This document shows, piece after piece, positions 1-13,500 of a stretch of DNA of 64,000 nt (positions are counted from its first letter, which is position 1; each line of letters begins with the position of its first letter). A program made the translations under genes and the position numbers. The notes under the pieces are model-generated. The model did not search any database. It was not told the DNA's origin and was given only the letters and a program-made list of their open reading frames with translations. This stretch comes from the human T2T-CHM13v2.0 reference genome, Homo sapiens, in the NCBI RefSeq assembly GCF_009914755.1, contig NC_060925.1; one strand, written 5' to 3'.

Positions 1-12
1 CCGCTTTGAGGT

Positions 13-29
13 CAATGGTAGAAAAGGAA
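13..29 (+). other. A-box / pJalpha-site-like sequence in the alternate monomer (first copy; once per dimer)
   Basis: CAATGGTAGAAAAGGAA lies exactly 171 bp before the CENP-B box and resembles the pJalpha motif of A-type monomers. Confidence 0.75.
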
Positions 30-183
30 ATATCTTCGTATAAAGACTAGACAGAATGATTCTCAGAAACTCCTTTGTGATGTGTGCGTTCAACTCACAG
101 AGTTTAACTTTTCTTTTCATTGAGCAGTTAGGAAACACTCTGTTTGTAAAGTCTTCAAGTGGATATTCAGACCTCTTTGAGGC

Positions 184-200
184 CTTCGTTGGAAACGGGA
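184..200 (+). other. CENP-B box (first copy; recurs once per ~340-bp dimer, mostly intact)
   Basis: CTTCGTTGGAAACGGGA matches the canonical 17-bp box with core nTTCGnnnnAnnCGGGn. Confidence 0.97.
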
Positions 201-257
201 TTTCTTCATATTCTGCTAGACAGAAGAATTCTCAGTAACTTCCTTGTGTTGTGTGTA

Positions 258-276
258 TTCAACTCACAGAGTTGAA
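258..276. repeat. Short perfect inverted repeat TTCAACTC-ACA-GAGTTGAA (first copy; once per dimer, with an imperfect version in the other monomer, e.g. 88-108)
   Basis: The 8-bp arms are exact reverse complements with a 3-nt spacer. Confidence 0.9.
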
Positions 277-905
277 CGATCCTTTACAGAGAGCAGACTT
301 GAAACACTCTTTTTGTGGAATTTGCAAGTGGAGATTTCAGCCGCTTTGAGGTCAATGGTAGAATAGGAAATATCTTCCTATAGAAACTAGACAGAATGAT
401 TCTCATAAACTCCTTTGTGATGTCTGCGTTCAACTCACACAGTTTAACCTTTCTTTTCATAGAGCAGTTAGGAAACACTCTGTTTGTAAAGTCTGCAAGT
501 GGATATTCAGACCTCTTTGAGGCCTTCGTTGGAAACGGGATTTCTTCATATTCTGCTAGACAGAAGAATTCTCAGTAACTTCCTTGTGTTGTGTGTATTC
601 AACTCACAGAGTTGAACGATCCTTTACACAGAGCAGACTTGAAACACTCTTTTTGTGGAATTTGCAAGTGGAGATTTCAGCCGCTTTGAGGTCAATAGTA
701 GAAAAGGAAATATCTTCGTAGAAAAACTAGACAGAATGATTCTCAGAAACTCCTTTGTGATGTGTGTGTTCAACTCACAGAGTTTAACCTTTCTTTTCAT
801 AGAGCAGTTAGTAAACACTCTGTTTATAAAGTCTGCAAGTGGATATTCAGACCCCTTTGAGGCCTTCGTTGGAAACGGGATTTCTTCATATTATGCTAGA
901 CAGAA

Positions 906-1584
906 GAATTCTCAGTAACTTCCTTGTGTTGTGTGTATTCAACTGACAGAGTTGAACTTTCATTTAGAGAGAGCAGATTTGAAACACTGTTTTTGTGGAA
1001 TTTGCAAGTGGAGATTTCAAGCGCTTTGGGGCCAAAGGCAGAAAAGGAAATATCTTCGTATAAAAACTAGACAGAATCATTCTCAGAAACTGCTGCGTGA
1101 TGTGTGCGTTCAACTCTCAGACTTTAACTTTTCTTTTCATTCAGCCGTTTGGAAACACTCTGTTTGTAAAGTCTGCACGTGGATATTTTGACCACTTAGA
1201 GGCCTTCGTTGGAAACGGCTTTTTTTCATGTAAGGCTAGACAGAAGAATTCCCAGTAACTTCCTTGTGTTGTGTGCATTCAACTCACAGAGTTGAACGTT
1301 CCCTTAGACAGAGCAGATTTGAAACACTCTATTTGTGCAATTTGCAAGTGCAGATTTCAAGAGCTTTAAGGTCAATGGCAGAAAAGGAAATATCTTCGTT
1401 TCAAAACTAGACAGAATCATTCCCACAAACTGCGTTGTGATGTGTTCGTTCAACTCACAGAGTTTAACCTTTCTGTTCATAGAGCAGTTAGGAAACACTC
1501 TGTTTGTAAAGTCTGTAAGTGGATATTCTGACATCTTGTGGCCTTCGTTGGAAACGGGATTTCTTCATATTCTGCTAGACAGAA
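906..1584 (+). repeat. First A+B dimer pair (divergent 4-monomer core of the HOR); about 30 A dimers in the window
   Basis: A: 'aactttcatttagagagagcagatttg', 'ggggccaaaggcag', 'accacttagagg'. B: 'aacgttcccttagacagagc', 'cattcccacaaactgcg', 'ctgacatcttgtgg'. A dimers start near 931, 2291, 5688, 6708, 7728, 9087, 10106, 12141, 14856, 15875, 18250, 19601, 24018, 26056, 29114, 30813, 32173, 36591, 37951, 42368, 44067, 45427, 47806, 49165, 50525, 52904, 55622, 56976, 59015, 61054. Confidence 0.9.
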
Positions 1585-4500
1585 GAATTCTCAGTAACTT
1601 CCTTGTGTTGTGTGTATTCAACTCACAGAGTTGAACGATCCTTTACACAGAGCGGACTTGAAACACTCTTTTTGTGGAATTTGCAAGTGGAGATTTCAGC
1701 CGCTTTGAGGTCAATGGTAGAAAAGGAAATATCTTCTTATACAGACTAGACAGAATGATTCTCAGAAACTCCTTTGTGATGTGTGCGTTCAACTCACAGA
1801 GTTTAACTTTTCTTTTCATAGAGCAGTTAGGAAACACTCTGTTTGTAAAGTCTGCAAGTGGATATTCAGACCTCCTTGAGGCCTTCGTTGGAAACGGGAT
1901 TTCTTCATATTATGCTAGACAGAAGAATTCTCAGTAACTTCCTTGTGTTGTGTGTATTCAACTCACAGAGTTGAACGATCCTTTACACAGAGCAGACTTG
2001 AAACACTCTTTTTGTGGAATTTGCTAGTGGAGATTTCAGCCGCTTTGAGGTCAATGGTAGAAAAGGAAACTATCTTCGTAGAAAGACTAGACAGAATGAT
2101 TCTCAGAAACTCCTTTGTGATGTGTGTGTTCAACTCACAGAGTTTAACCTTTCTTTTCATAGAGCAGTTAGTAAACACTCTGTTTATAAAGTCTGCAAGT
2201 GGATATTCAGACCCCTTTGAGGCCTTCGTTGGAAACGGGATTTCTTCATATTATGCTAGACAGAAGAATTCTCAGTAACTTCCTTGTGTTGTGTGTATTC
2301 AACTGACAGAGTTGAACTTTCATTTAGAGAGAGCAGATTTGAAACACTGTTTTTGTGGAATTTGCAAGTGGAGATTCAAGCGCTTTGGGGCCAAAGGCAG
2401 AAAAGGAAATATCTTCGTATAAAAACTAGACAGAATCATTCTCATAAACTGCTGCGTGATGTGTGCGTTCAACTCTCAGAGTTTAACTTTTCTTTTCATT
2501 CAGCGGTTTGGAAACACTCTGTTTGTAAAGTCTGCACGTGGATATTTTGACCACTTAGAGGCCTTCGTTGGAAACGGGTTTTTTTCATGTAAGGCTAGAC
2601 AGAAGAATTCCCAGTAACTTCCTTGTGTTGTGTGCATTCAACTCACAGAGTTGAACGTTCCCTTAGACAGAGCAGATTTGAAACACTCTATTTGTGCAAT
2701 TTGCAAGTGTAGATTTCAAGCGCTTTAAGGTCAATGGCAGAAAAGGAAATATCTTCGTTTCAAAACTAGACAGAATCATTCCCACAAACTGCGTTGTGAT
2801 GTGTTCGTTCAACTCACAGAGTTTAACCTTTCTGTTCATAGAGCAGTTAGGAAAAACTCTGTTTGTAAAGTCTGTAAGTAGATATTCTGACATCTTGTGG
2901 CCTTCTTTGGAAACGGGATTTCTTCATATTCTGCTAGACAGAAGAATTCTCAGTAACTTCCTTGTGTTGTGTCTATTCAACTCACAGAGTTGAACGATCC
3001 TTTACACAGAGCAGACTTGAAACACTCTTTTTGTGGAATTTGCAAGTGGAGATTTCAGCCGCTTTGAGGTCAATGGTAGAAAAGGAAATATCTTCGTATA
3101 AAGACTAGACAGAATGATTCTCAGAAACTCCTTTGTGATGTGTGCGTTCAACACACAGAGTTTAACTTTTCTTTTCATAGAGCAGTTAGGAAACACTCTG
3201 TTTGTAAAGTCTGCAAGTGGATATTCAGACCTCTTTGAGGCCTTTGTGGAAACGGGATTTCTTCATATTCTGCTAGACAGAAGAATTCTCAGTAACTTCC
3301 TTGTGTTGTGTGTATTCAACTCACAGAGTTGAACGATCCTTTACACAGAGCAGACTTGAAACACTCTTTTTGTGGAATTTGCAAGTGGAGATTTCAGCCG
3401 CTTTGAGGTCAATGGTAGAAAAGGAAATATCTTCGTATAAAGACTAGATAGAATGATTCTCAGAATCTCCTTTGAAATGTGTGCGTTCAACTCACAGAGT
3501 TTAACCTTTCTTTTCATAGAGCAGTTAGGAAACACTCTGTTTGTAAAGTCTGCAAGTGGATATTCAGACCTCTTTGAGGCCTTCGTTGGAAACGGGATTT
3601 CTTCATATTATGCTAGACAGAAGAATTCTCAGTAACTTCCTTGTGTTGTGTGCATTCAACTCACAGAGTTGAACGTTCCCTTAGACAGAGCAGATTTGAA
3701 ACACTCTATTTGTGCAATTTGCAAGTGTAGATTTCAAGCGCTTTAAGGTCAATGGCAGAAAAGGAAATATCTTCGTTTCAAAACTAGACAGAATCATTCC
3801 CACAAACTGCGTTGTGATGTGTTCGTTCAACTCACAGAGTTTAACCTTTCTGTTCATAGAGCAGTTAGGAAACACTCTGTTTGTAAAGTCTGTAAGTGGA
3901 TATTCTGACATCTTGTAGCCTTCGTTGGAAACGGGATTTCTTCATATTCTGCTAGACAGAAGAATTCTCAGTAACTTCCTTGTGTTGTGTGTATTCAACT
4001 CACAGAGTTGAACGATCCTTTACACAGAGCGGAGTTGAAACACTCTTTTTGTGGAATTTGCAAGTGGAGATTTCAGCCGCTTTGAGGTCAATGGTAGAAA
4101 AGGAAATATCTTCTTATACAGACTAGACAGAATGATTCTCAGAAACTCCTTTGTGATGTGTGCGTTCAACTCACAGAGTTTAACTTTTCTTTTCATAGAG
4201 CAGTTAGGAAACACTCTGTTTGTAAAGTCTGCAAGTGGATATTCAGACCTCTTTGAGGCCTTCGTTGGAAACGGGATTTCTTCATATTATGCTAGACAGA
4301 ATAATTCTCAGTAACTTCTTTGTGTTGTGTGTATTCAACTGACAGAGTTGAACGATCCTTTACAGAGAGCAGACTTGAAACACTCTTTTTGTGGAATTTG
4401 CAAGTGGAGATTTCAGCCGCTTTGAGGTCAATGGTAGAATAGGAAATATCTTCCTATAGAAACTAGACAGAATGATTCTCATAAACTCCTTTGTGATGTG

Positions 4501-7500
4501 TGCATTCAACTCACAGAGTTTCACCTTTCTTTTCATAGAGCAGTTAGGAAACACTCTGTTTGTAAAGTCTGCAAGTAGATATTCAGACCTCCTTGAGGCC
4601 TTCGTTGGAAACGGGATTTCTTCATATTCTGCTAGACAGAAGAATTCTCAGTAACTTCCTTGTGTTGTGTGTATTCAACTCACAGAGTTGAACGATCCTT
4701 TACACAGAGCAGACTTGAAACACTCTTTTTGTGGAATTTGCAAGTGGAGATTTCAGCCGCTTTGAGGTCAATGGTAGAAAAGGAAACTATCTTCGTATAA
4801 AGACTAGACAGAATGATTCTCAGAAAATCCTTTGTGATGTGTGCGTTCAACTCACAGAGTTTAACTTTTCTTTTCATAGAGCAGTTAGGAAACACTCTGT
4901 TTGTAAAGTCTGCAAGTGGATATTCAGACCTCTTTGAGGCCTTCGTTGGAAAAGTTATTTCTTCATATTATGCTAGACAGAAGAATTCTCAGTAACTTCC
5001 TTGTGTTGTGTGTATTCAACTCACAGAGTTGAACGATGCTTTACAGAGAGAAGTCATGAAACACTCTTTTTGTGGAATTTGCAAGTGGAGATTTCAGCCG
5101 CTTTGAGGTCAGTGGTAGAATAGGAAATATCTTCCTATAGAAACTAGACAGAATGATTCTCAGAAACTCCTTTGTGATGTGTGCGTTCAACTCACAGAGT
5201 TTAACTTTTCTTTTCATAGAGCAGTTAGGAAACACTCTGTTTGTAAAGTCTGCAAGTGGATATTCAGACCTCTTTGAGGCCTTCGTTGGAAACGGGATTT
5301 CTTCATATTCTGCTAGACAGAAGAATTCTCAGTAACTTCCTTGTGTTGTGTGTATTCAACTCACAGAGTTGAACGATCCTTTACACAGAGCAGACTTGAA
5401 ACACTCTTTTTGTGGAATTTGCAAGTGGAGATTTCAGCCGCTTTGAGGTCAATAGTAGAAAAGGAAATATCTTCGTAGAAAAACTAGACAGAATGATTCT
5501 CAGAAACTCCTTTGTGATGTGTGTGTTCAACTCACAGAGTTTAACCTTTCTTTTCATAGAGCAGTTAGTAAACACTCTGTTTATAAAGTCTGCAAGTGGA
5601 TATTCAGACCCCTTTGAGGCCTTCGTTGGAAACGGGATTTCTTCATATTATGCTAGACAGAAGAATTCTCAGTAACTTCCTTGTGTTGTGTGTATTCAAC
5701 TCAAAGAGTTGAACTTTCATTTAGAGAGAGCAGATTTGAAACACTGTTTTTGTGGAATTTGCAAGTGGAGATTTCAAGCGCTTTGGGGCCAAAGGCAGAA
5801 AAGGAAATATCTTCGTATAAAAACTAGACAGAATCATTCTCAGAAACTGCTGCGTGATGTGTGCGTTCAACTCTCAGAGTTTAACTTTTCTTTTCATTCA
5901 GCGGTTTGGAAACACTCTCTTTGTAAAGTCTGCACGTGGATATTTTGACCACTTAGAGGCCTTCGTTGGAAACGGGTTTTTTTCATGTAAGGCTAGACAG
6001 AAGAATTCCCAGTAACTTCCTTGTGTTGTGTGCATTCAACTCACAGAGTTGAACGTTCCCTTAGACAGAGCAGATTTGAAACACTCTATTTGTGCAATTT
6101 GCAAGTGTAGATTTCAAGCGCTTTAAGGTCAATGGCAGAAAAGGAAATATCTTCGTTTCAAAACTAGACAGAATCATTCCCACAAACTGCGTTGTGATGT
6201 GTTCGTTCAACTCACAGAGTTTAACCTTTCTGTTCATAGAGCAGTTAGGAAACACTCTGTTTGTAAAGTCTGCAATTGGATATTCAGACCTCTTTGAGGC
6301 CTTCGTTGGAAACGGGATTTCTTCATATTCTGCTAGACAGAAGAATTCTCAGTAACTTCCCTGTGTTGTGTGTATTCAACTCACAGAGTTGAACGATCCT
6401 TTACACAGAGCATACTTGAAACACTCTTTTTGTGGAATTTGCAAGTGGAGATTTCACCCGCTTTGAGGTCAATTGTAGAAAAGGAAATATCTTCGTAGAA
6501 AAACTAGACAGAATGATTCTCAGAAACTCCTTTGTGATGTGTGTGTTCAACTCACAGAGTTTAACCTTTCTTTTCATAGAGCAGTTAGTAAACACTCTGT
6601 TTATAAAGTCTGCAAGTGGATATTCAGACCCCTTTGAGGCCTTCGTTGGAAACGGGATTTCTTCATATTATGCTAGACAGAAGAATTCTCAGTAACTTCC
6701 TTGTGTTGTGTGTATTCAACTGACAGAGTTGAACTTTCATTTAGAGAGAGCAGATTTGAAACACTGTTTTTGTGGAATTTGCAAGTGGAGATTTCAAGCG
6801 CTTTGGGGCCAAAGGCAGAAAACGAAATATCTTCGTATAAAAACTAGACAGAATCATTCTTAGAAACTGCTGCGTGATGTGTGCGTTCAACTCTCAGAGT
6901 TTAACTTTTCTTTTCATTCAGCGGTTTGGAAACACTCTGTTTGTAAAGTCTGCACGTGGATATTTTGACCACTTAGAGGTCTTCGTTGGAAACGGGTTTT
7001 TTTTCATGTAAGGCTAGACAGAAGAATTCCCAGTAACTTCCTTGTGTTGTGTGTATTCAACTCACAGAGTTGAACGTTCCCTTAGACAGAGCAGATTTGA
7101 AACACTCTATTTGTGCAATTTGCAAGTGTAGATTTCAAGCGCTTTAAGGTCAATGGCAGAAAAGGAAATATCTTCGTTTCAAAACTAGACAGAATCATTC
7201 CCACAAACTGCGTTGTGATGTGTTCGTTCAACTCACAGAGTTTAACCTTTCCGTTCATAGAGCAGTTAGGAAACACTCTGTTTGTAAAGTCTGTAAGTGG
7301 ATATTCTGACATCTTGTGGCCTTCGTTGGAAACGGGATTTCTTCATATTCTGCTAGACAGAAGAATTCTCAGTAACTTCCTTGTGTTGTGTGTATTCAAC
7401 TCACAGAGTTGAACGATCCTTTACACAGAGTAGACTTGAAACACTCTTTTTGTGGAATTTGCAAGTGGAGATTTCAGCCGCTTTGAGGTCAATGGTAGAA

Positions 7501-10500
7501 AAGGAAATATCTTCGTATAAAGACTAGACAGAATGATTCTCAGAAACTCCTTTGTGATGTGTGCGTTCAACACACAGAGTTTAACTTTTCTTTTCATAGA
7601 GCAGTTAGTAAACACTCTGTTTATAAAGTCTGCAAGTGGATATTCAGACCCCTTTGAGGCCTTTGTTGGAAACGGGATTTCTTCATATTCTGCTAGAGAG
7701 AAGAATTCTCAGTAACTTCCTTGTGTTGTGTGTATTCAACTGACAGAGTTGAACTTTCATTTAGAGAGAGCAGATTTGAAACACTGTTTTTGTGGAATTT
7801 GCAAGTGGAGATTTCAAGCGCTTTGGGGCCAAAGGCAGAAAAGGAAATATCTTCTTATAAAAACTGGACAGAATCATTCTCAGAAACTGCTGCGTGATGT
7901 GTGCGTTCAACTCTCAGAGTTTAACTTTTCTTTTCATTCAGCGGTTTGGAAACACTCTGTTTGTAAAGTCTGCACGTGGATATTTTGACCACTTAGAGGC
8001 CTTCGTTGGAAACGGGTTTTTTTCATGTAAGGCTAGACAGAAGAATTCCCAGTAACTTCCTTGTGTTGTGTGCATTCAACTCACAGAGTTGAACGTTCCC
8101 TTAGACAGAGCAGATTTGAAACACTCTATTTGTGCAATTTGCAAGTGTAGATTTCAAGCGCTTTAAGGTCAATGGCAGAAAAGGAAATATCTTCGTTTCA
8201 AAACTAGACAGAATCATTCCCACAAACTGCGTTGTGATGTGTTCGTTCAACTCACAGAGTTTAACCTTTCTGTTCATAGAGCAGTTAGGAAACACTCTGT
8301 TTGTAAAGTCTGTAAGTGGATATTCTGACATCTTGTGGCCTTCGTTGGAAACGGGATTTCTTCATATTCTGCTAGACAGAAGAATTCTCAGTAACTTCCT
8401 TGTGTTGTGTGTATTCAACTCACAGAGTTGAACGATCCTTTACAGAGAGCAGACTTGAAACACTCTTTTTGTGGAATTTGCAAGTGGAGATTTCAGCCGC
8501 TTTGAGGTCTATGGTAGAAAAGGAAATGTCTTCGTATAAAGACTAGACAGAATGATTCTCAGAAACTCCTTTGTGATGTGTGCGTTCAACTCACAGAGTT
8601 TAACTTTTCTTTTCATAGAGCAGTTAGGAAACACTCTGTTTGTAAAGTCTGCACGTGGATATTCAGACCTCTTTGAGGCCTTCGTTGGAAACGGGATTTC
8701 TTCATATTATGCTAGACAGAAAAATTCTCAGTAACTTCCTTGTGTTGTGTGTATTCAACTCACAGAGTTGAACGATCCTTTACACAGAGCAGACTTGAAA
8801 CACTCTTTTTGTGGAATTTGCAAGTGGAGATTTCAGCCGCTTTGAGGTCAATGGTAGAAAAGGAAATATCTTCGTATAAAGACTAGACAGAATGATTCTC
8901 AGAAACTCCTTTGTGATGTGTGCGTTCAACACACAGAGTTTAACTTTTCTTTTCATAGAGAAGTTAGTAAACACTCTGTTTATAAAGTCTGCAAGTGGAT
9001 ATTCAGACCCCTTTGAGGCCTTCGTTGGAAACGGGATTTCTTCATATTATGCTAGACAGAAGAATTCTCAGTAACTTCCTTGTGTTGTGTGTATTCAACT
9101 GACAGAGTTGAACTTTCATTTAGAGAGAGCAGATTTGAAACACTGTTTTTGTGGAATTTGCAAGTGGAGATTTCAAGCGCTTTGGGGCCAAAGGCAGAAA
9201 AGGAAATATCTTCGTATAAAAACTAGACAGAATCATTCTCAGAAACTGCTGCGTGATGTGTGCGTTCAACTCTCAGAGTTTAACTTTTCTTTTCATTCAG
9301 CGGTTTGGAAACACTCTGTTTGTAAAGTCTGCACGTGGATATTTTGACCACTTAGAGGCCTTCGTTGGAAACGGGTTTTTTTCATGTAAGGCTAGACAGA
9401 AGAATTCCCAGTAACTTCCTTGTGTTCTGTGCATTCAACTCACAGAGTTGAACGTTCCCTTAGACAGAGCAGATTTGAAACACTCTATTTGTGCAATTTG
9501 CAAGTGTAGATTTCAAGCGCTTTAAGGTCAATGGCAGAAAAGGAAATATCTTCGTTTCAAAACTAGACAGAATCATTCCCACAAACTGCGTTGTGATGTG
9601 TTCGTTCAACTCACAGAGTTTAACCTTTCCGTTCATAGAGCAGTTAGGAAACACTCTGTTTGTAAAGTCTGTAAGTGGATATTCTGACATCTTGTGGCCT
9701 TCGTTGGAAACGGGATTTCTTCATATTCTGCTAGACAGAAGAATTCTCAGTAACTTCCTTGTGTTGTGTGTATTCAACTCACAGAGTTGAACGATCCTTT
9801 ACACAGAGCAGACTTGAAACACTCTTTTTGTGGAATTTGCAAGTGGAGATTTCAGCCGCTTTGAGGTCAATGGTAGAAAAGGAAATATCTTCGTATAAAG
9901 ACTAGACAGAATGATTCTCAGAAACTCCTTTGTGATGTGTGCGTTCAACACACAGAGTTTAACTTTTCTTTTCATAGAGCAGTTAGTAAACACTCTGTTT
10001 ATAAAGTCTGCAAGTGGATATTCAGACCCCTTTGAGGCCTTCGTTGGAAACGGGATTTCTTCATATTATGCTAGACAGAAGAATTCTCAGTAACTTCCTT
10101 GTGTTGTGTGTATTCAACTGACAGAGTTGAACTTTCATTTAGAGAGAGCAGATTTGAAACACTGTTTTTGTGGAATTTGCAAGTGGAGATTTCAAGCGCT
10201 TTGGGGCCAAAGGCAGAAAAGGAAATATCTTCGTATAAAAACAAGACAGAATCATTCTCAGAAACTGCTGCGTGATGTGTGCGTTCAACTCTCAGAGTTT
10301 AAATTTTCTTTTCATTCAGCGGTTTGGAAACACTCTGTTTGTAAAGTCTGCACGTGGATATTTTGACCACTTAGAGGCCTTCGTTGGAAACGGGTTTTTT
10401 TCATGTAAGGCTAGACAGAAGAATTCCCAGTAACTTCCTTGTGTTGTGTGCATTCCACTCACAGAGTTGAACGTTCCCTTAGACACAGCAGATTTGAAAC

Positions 10501-13500
10501 ACTCTATTTGTGCAATTTGCAAGTGTAGATTTCAAGCGCTTTAAGGTCAATGGCAGAAAAGGAAATATCTTCGTTTCAAAACTAGACAGAATCATTCCCA
10601 CAAACTGCGTTGTGATGTGTTCGTTCAACTCACAGAGTTTAACCTTTCCGTTCATAGAGCAGTTAGGAAACACACTGTTTGTAAAGTCTGTAAGTGGATA
10701 TTCTGACATCTTGTGGCCTTCGTTGGAAACGGGATTTCTTCATATTCTGCTAGACAGAAGAATTCTCAGTAACTTCCTTGTGTTGTGTGTATTCAACTCA
10801 CAGAGTTGAACGATCCTTTACACAGAGCAGACTTGAAACACTCTTTTTGTGGTATTTGCAAGTGGAGATTTCAGCCGCTTTGAGGTCAATGGTAGAAAAG
10901 GAAATATCTTCGTATAAAGACTAGACAGAATGATTCTCAGAAACTCCTTTGTGATGTGTGCGTTCAACTCACAGAGTTTAACCTTTCTTTTCATAGAGCA
11001 GTTAGGAAACACTCTCTAAAGTCTGCAAGTGGATATTCAGACCTCCTTGAGGTCTTCGTTGGAAACGGGATTTCTTCATATTATGCTAGACAGAATAATT
11101 CTCAGTAACTTCCTTGTGTTGTGTGTATTCAACTCACAGAGTTGAACGATCCTTTACAGAGAGCAGACTTGAAACACTCTTTTTGTGGAATTTGCAAGTG
11201 GAGATTTCAGCCGCTTTGAGGTCAATGGTAGAAAAGGAAATATCTTCGTATAAAGACTAGACAGAATGATTCTCAGAAACTCCTTTGTGATGTGTGCGTT
11301 CAACTCACAGAGTTTAACTTTTCTTTTCATAGAGCAGTTAGGAAACACTCTGTTTGTAAAGTCTGCAAGTGGATATTCAGACCTCTTTGAGGCCTTCGTT
11401 GGAAACGGGATTTCTTCATATTATGCTAGACAGAATAATTCTCAGTAACTTCCTTGTGTTGTGTGTATTCAACTCACAGAGTTGAACGATCCTTTACAGA
11501 GAGCAGACTTGAAACACTCTTTTTGTGGAATTTGCAAGTGGAGATTTCAGCCGCTTTGAGGTCAATGGTAGAAAAGGAAATATCTTCGTATAAAGACTAG
11601 ACAGAATGATTCTCAGAAACTCCTTTGTGATGTGTGCGTTCAACTCACAGAGTTTAACTTTTCTTTTCATAGAGCAGTTAGGAAACACTCTGTTTGTAAA
11701 GTCTGCAAGTGGATATTCAGACCTCTTTGACGCCTTCGTTGGAAACGGGATTTCTTCATATTCTGCTAGACAGAAGAATTCTCAGTAACTTCCTTGTGTT
11801 GTGTGTATTGAACTCGCAGAGTTGAACGATCCTTTACACAGAGCAGACTTGAAACACTCTTTTTGTGGAATTTGCAAGTGGAGATTTCAGCCGCTTTGAG
11901 GTCAATAGTAGAAAAGGAAATATCTTCGTAGAAAAACTAGACAGAATGATTCTCAGAAACTCCTTTGTGATGTGTGTGTTCAACTCACAGAGTTTAACCT
12001 TTCTTTTCATAGAGCAGTTAGTAAACACTCTGTTTATAACGTCTGCAAGTGGATATTCAGACCCCTTTGAGGCCTTCGTTTGAAACGGGATTTCTTCATA
12101 TTATGCTAGACAGAAGAATTCTCAGTAACTTCCTTGTGTTGTGTGTATTCAACTGACAGAGTTGAACTTTCATTTAGAGAGAGCAGATTTGAAACACTGT
12201 TTTTGTGGAATTTGCAAATGGAGATTTCAAGCGCTTTGGGGCCAAAGGCAGAAAAGGAAATATCTTCGTATAAAAACTAGACAGAATCATTCTCAGAAAC
12301 TGCTGCGTGATGTGTGCGTTCAACTCTCAGAGTTTAACTTTTCTTTTCATTCAGCGGTTTGGAAACACTCTGTTTGTAAAGTCTGCACGTGGATATTTTG
12401 ACCACTTAGAGGCCTTCGTTGGAAACGGGTTTTTTTCATGTAAGGCTAGACAGAAGAATTCCCAGTAACTTCCTTGTGTTGTGTGCATTCAACTCACAGA
12501 GTTGAACGTTCCCTTAGACAGAGCAGATTTGAAACACTCTATTTGTGCAATTTGCAAGTGTAGATTTCAAGCGCTTTAAGGTCAATGGCAGAAAAGGAAA
12601 TATCTTCGTTTCAAAACTAGACAGAATCATTCCCACAAACTGCGTTGTGATGTGTTCGTTCAACTCACAGAGTTTAACCTTTCCGTTCATAGAGCAGTTA
12701 GGAAACACACTGTTTGTAAAGTCTGTAAGTGGATATTCTGACATCTTGTGGCCTTCGTTGGAAACGGGATTTCTTCATATTCTGCTAGACAGAAGAATTC
12801 TCAGTAACTTCCTTGTGTTGTGTGTATTCAACTCACAGAGTTGAACGATCCTTTACACAGAGCAGACTTGAAACACTCTTTTTGTGGAATTTGCAAGTGG
12901 AGATTTCAGCCGCTTTGAGGTCAATGGTAGAAAAGGAAATATCTTCGTATAAAGACTAGACAGAATGATTCTCAGAAACTCCTTTGTGATGTGTGCATTC
13001 AACTCACAGAGTTTAACCTTTCTTTTTATAGAGCAGTTAGGAAACACTCTCTAAAGTCTGCAAGTGGATATTCAGACCTCCTTGAGGTCTTGGTTGGAAA
13101 AGGTATTTCTTCATATTCTGCTAGACAGAAGAATTCTCAGTAACTTCCTTGTGTTGTGTGTATTCAACTCACAGAGTTGAACGATCCTTTACACAGAGCA
13201 GACTTGAAACACTCTTTTTGTGGAATTTGCAAGTGGAGATTTCAGCCGCTTTGAGGTCAATGGTAGAAAAGGAAATATCTTCGTATAAAGACTAGACAGA
13301 ATGATTCTCAGAAACTCCTTTGTGATGTGTGCGTTCAACTCACAGAGTTTAACTTTTCTTTTCATAGAGCAGTTAGGAAACACTCTGTTTGTAAAGTCTG
13401 CAAGTGGATATTCAGACCTCTTTGAGGCCTTCGTTGGAAACGGGATTTCTTCATATTATTCTAGACAGAATAATTCTCAGTAACTTCCTTGTGTTGTGTG

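Noticed and set aside
6996-7005. One extra T in the T-run after the A-dimer box; also single-base deletions at ~2375 and ~56684
   Set aside because: Singleton 1-bp indels, mostly in homopolymers, are plausibly slippage or sequencing error.
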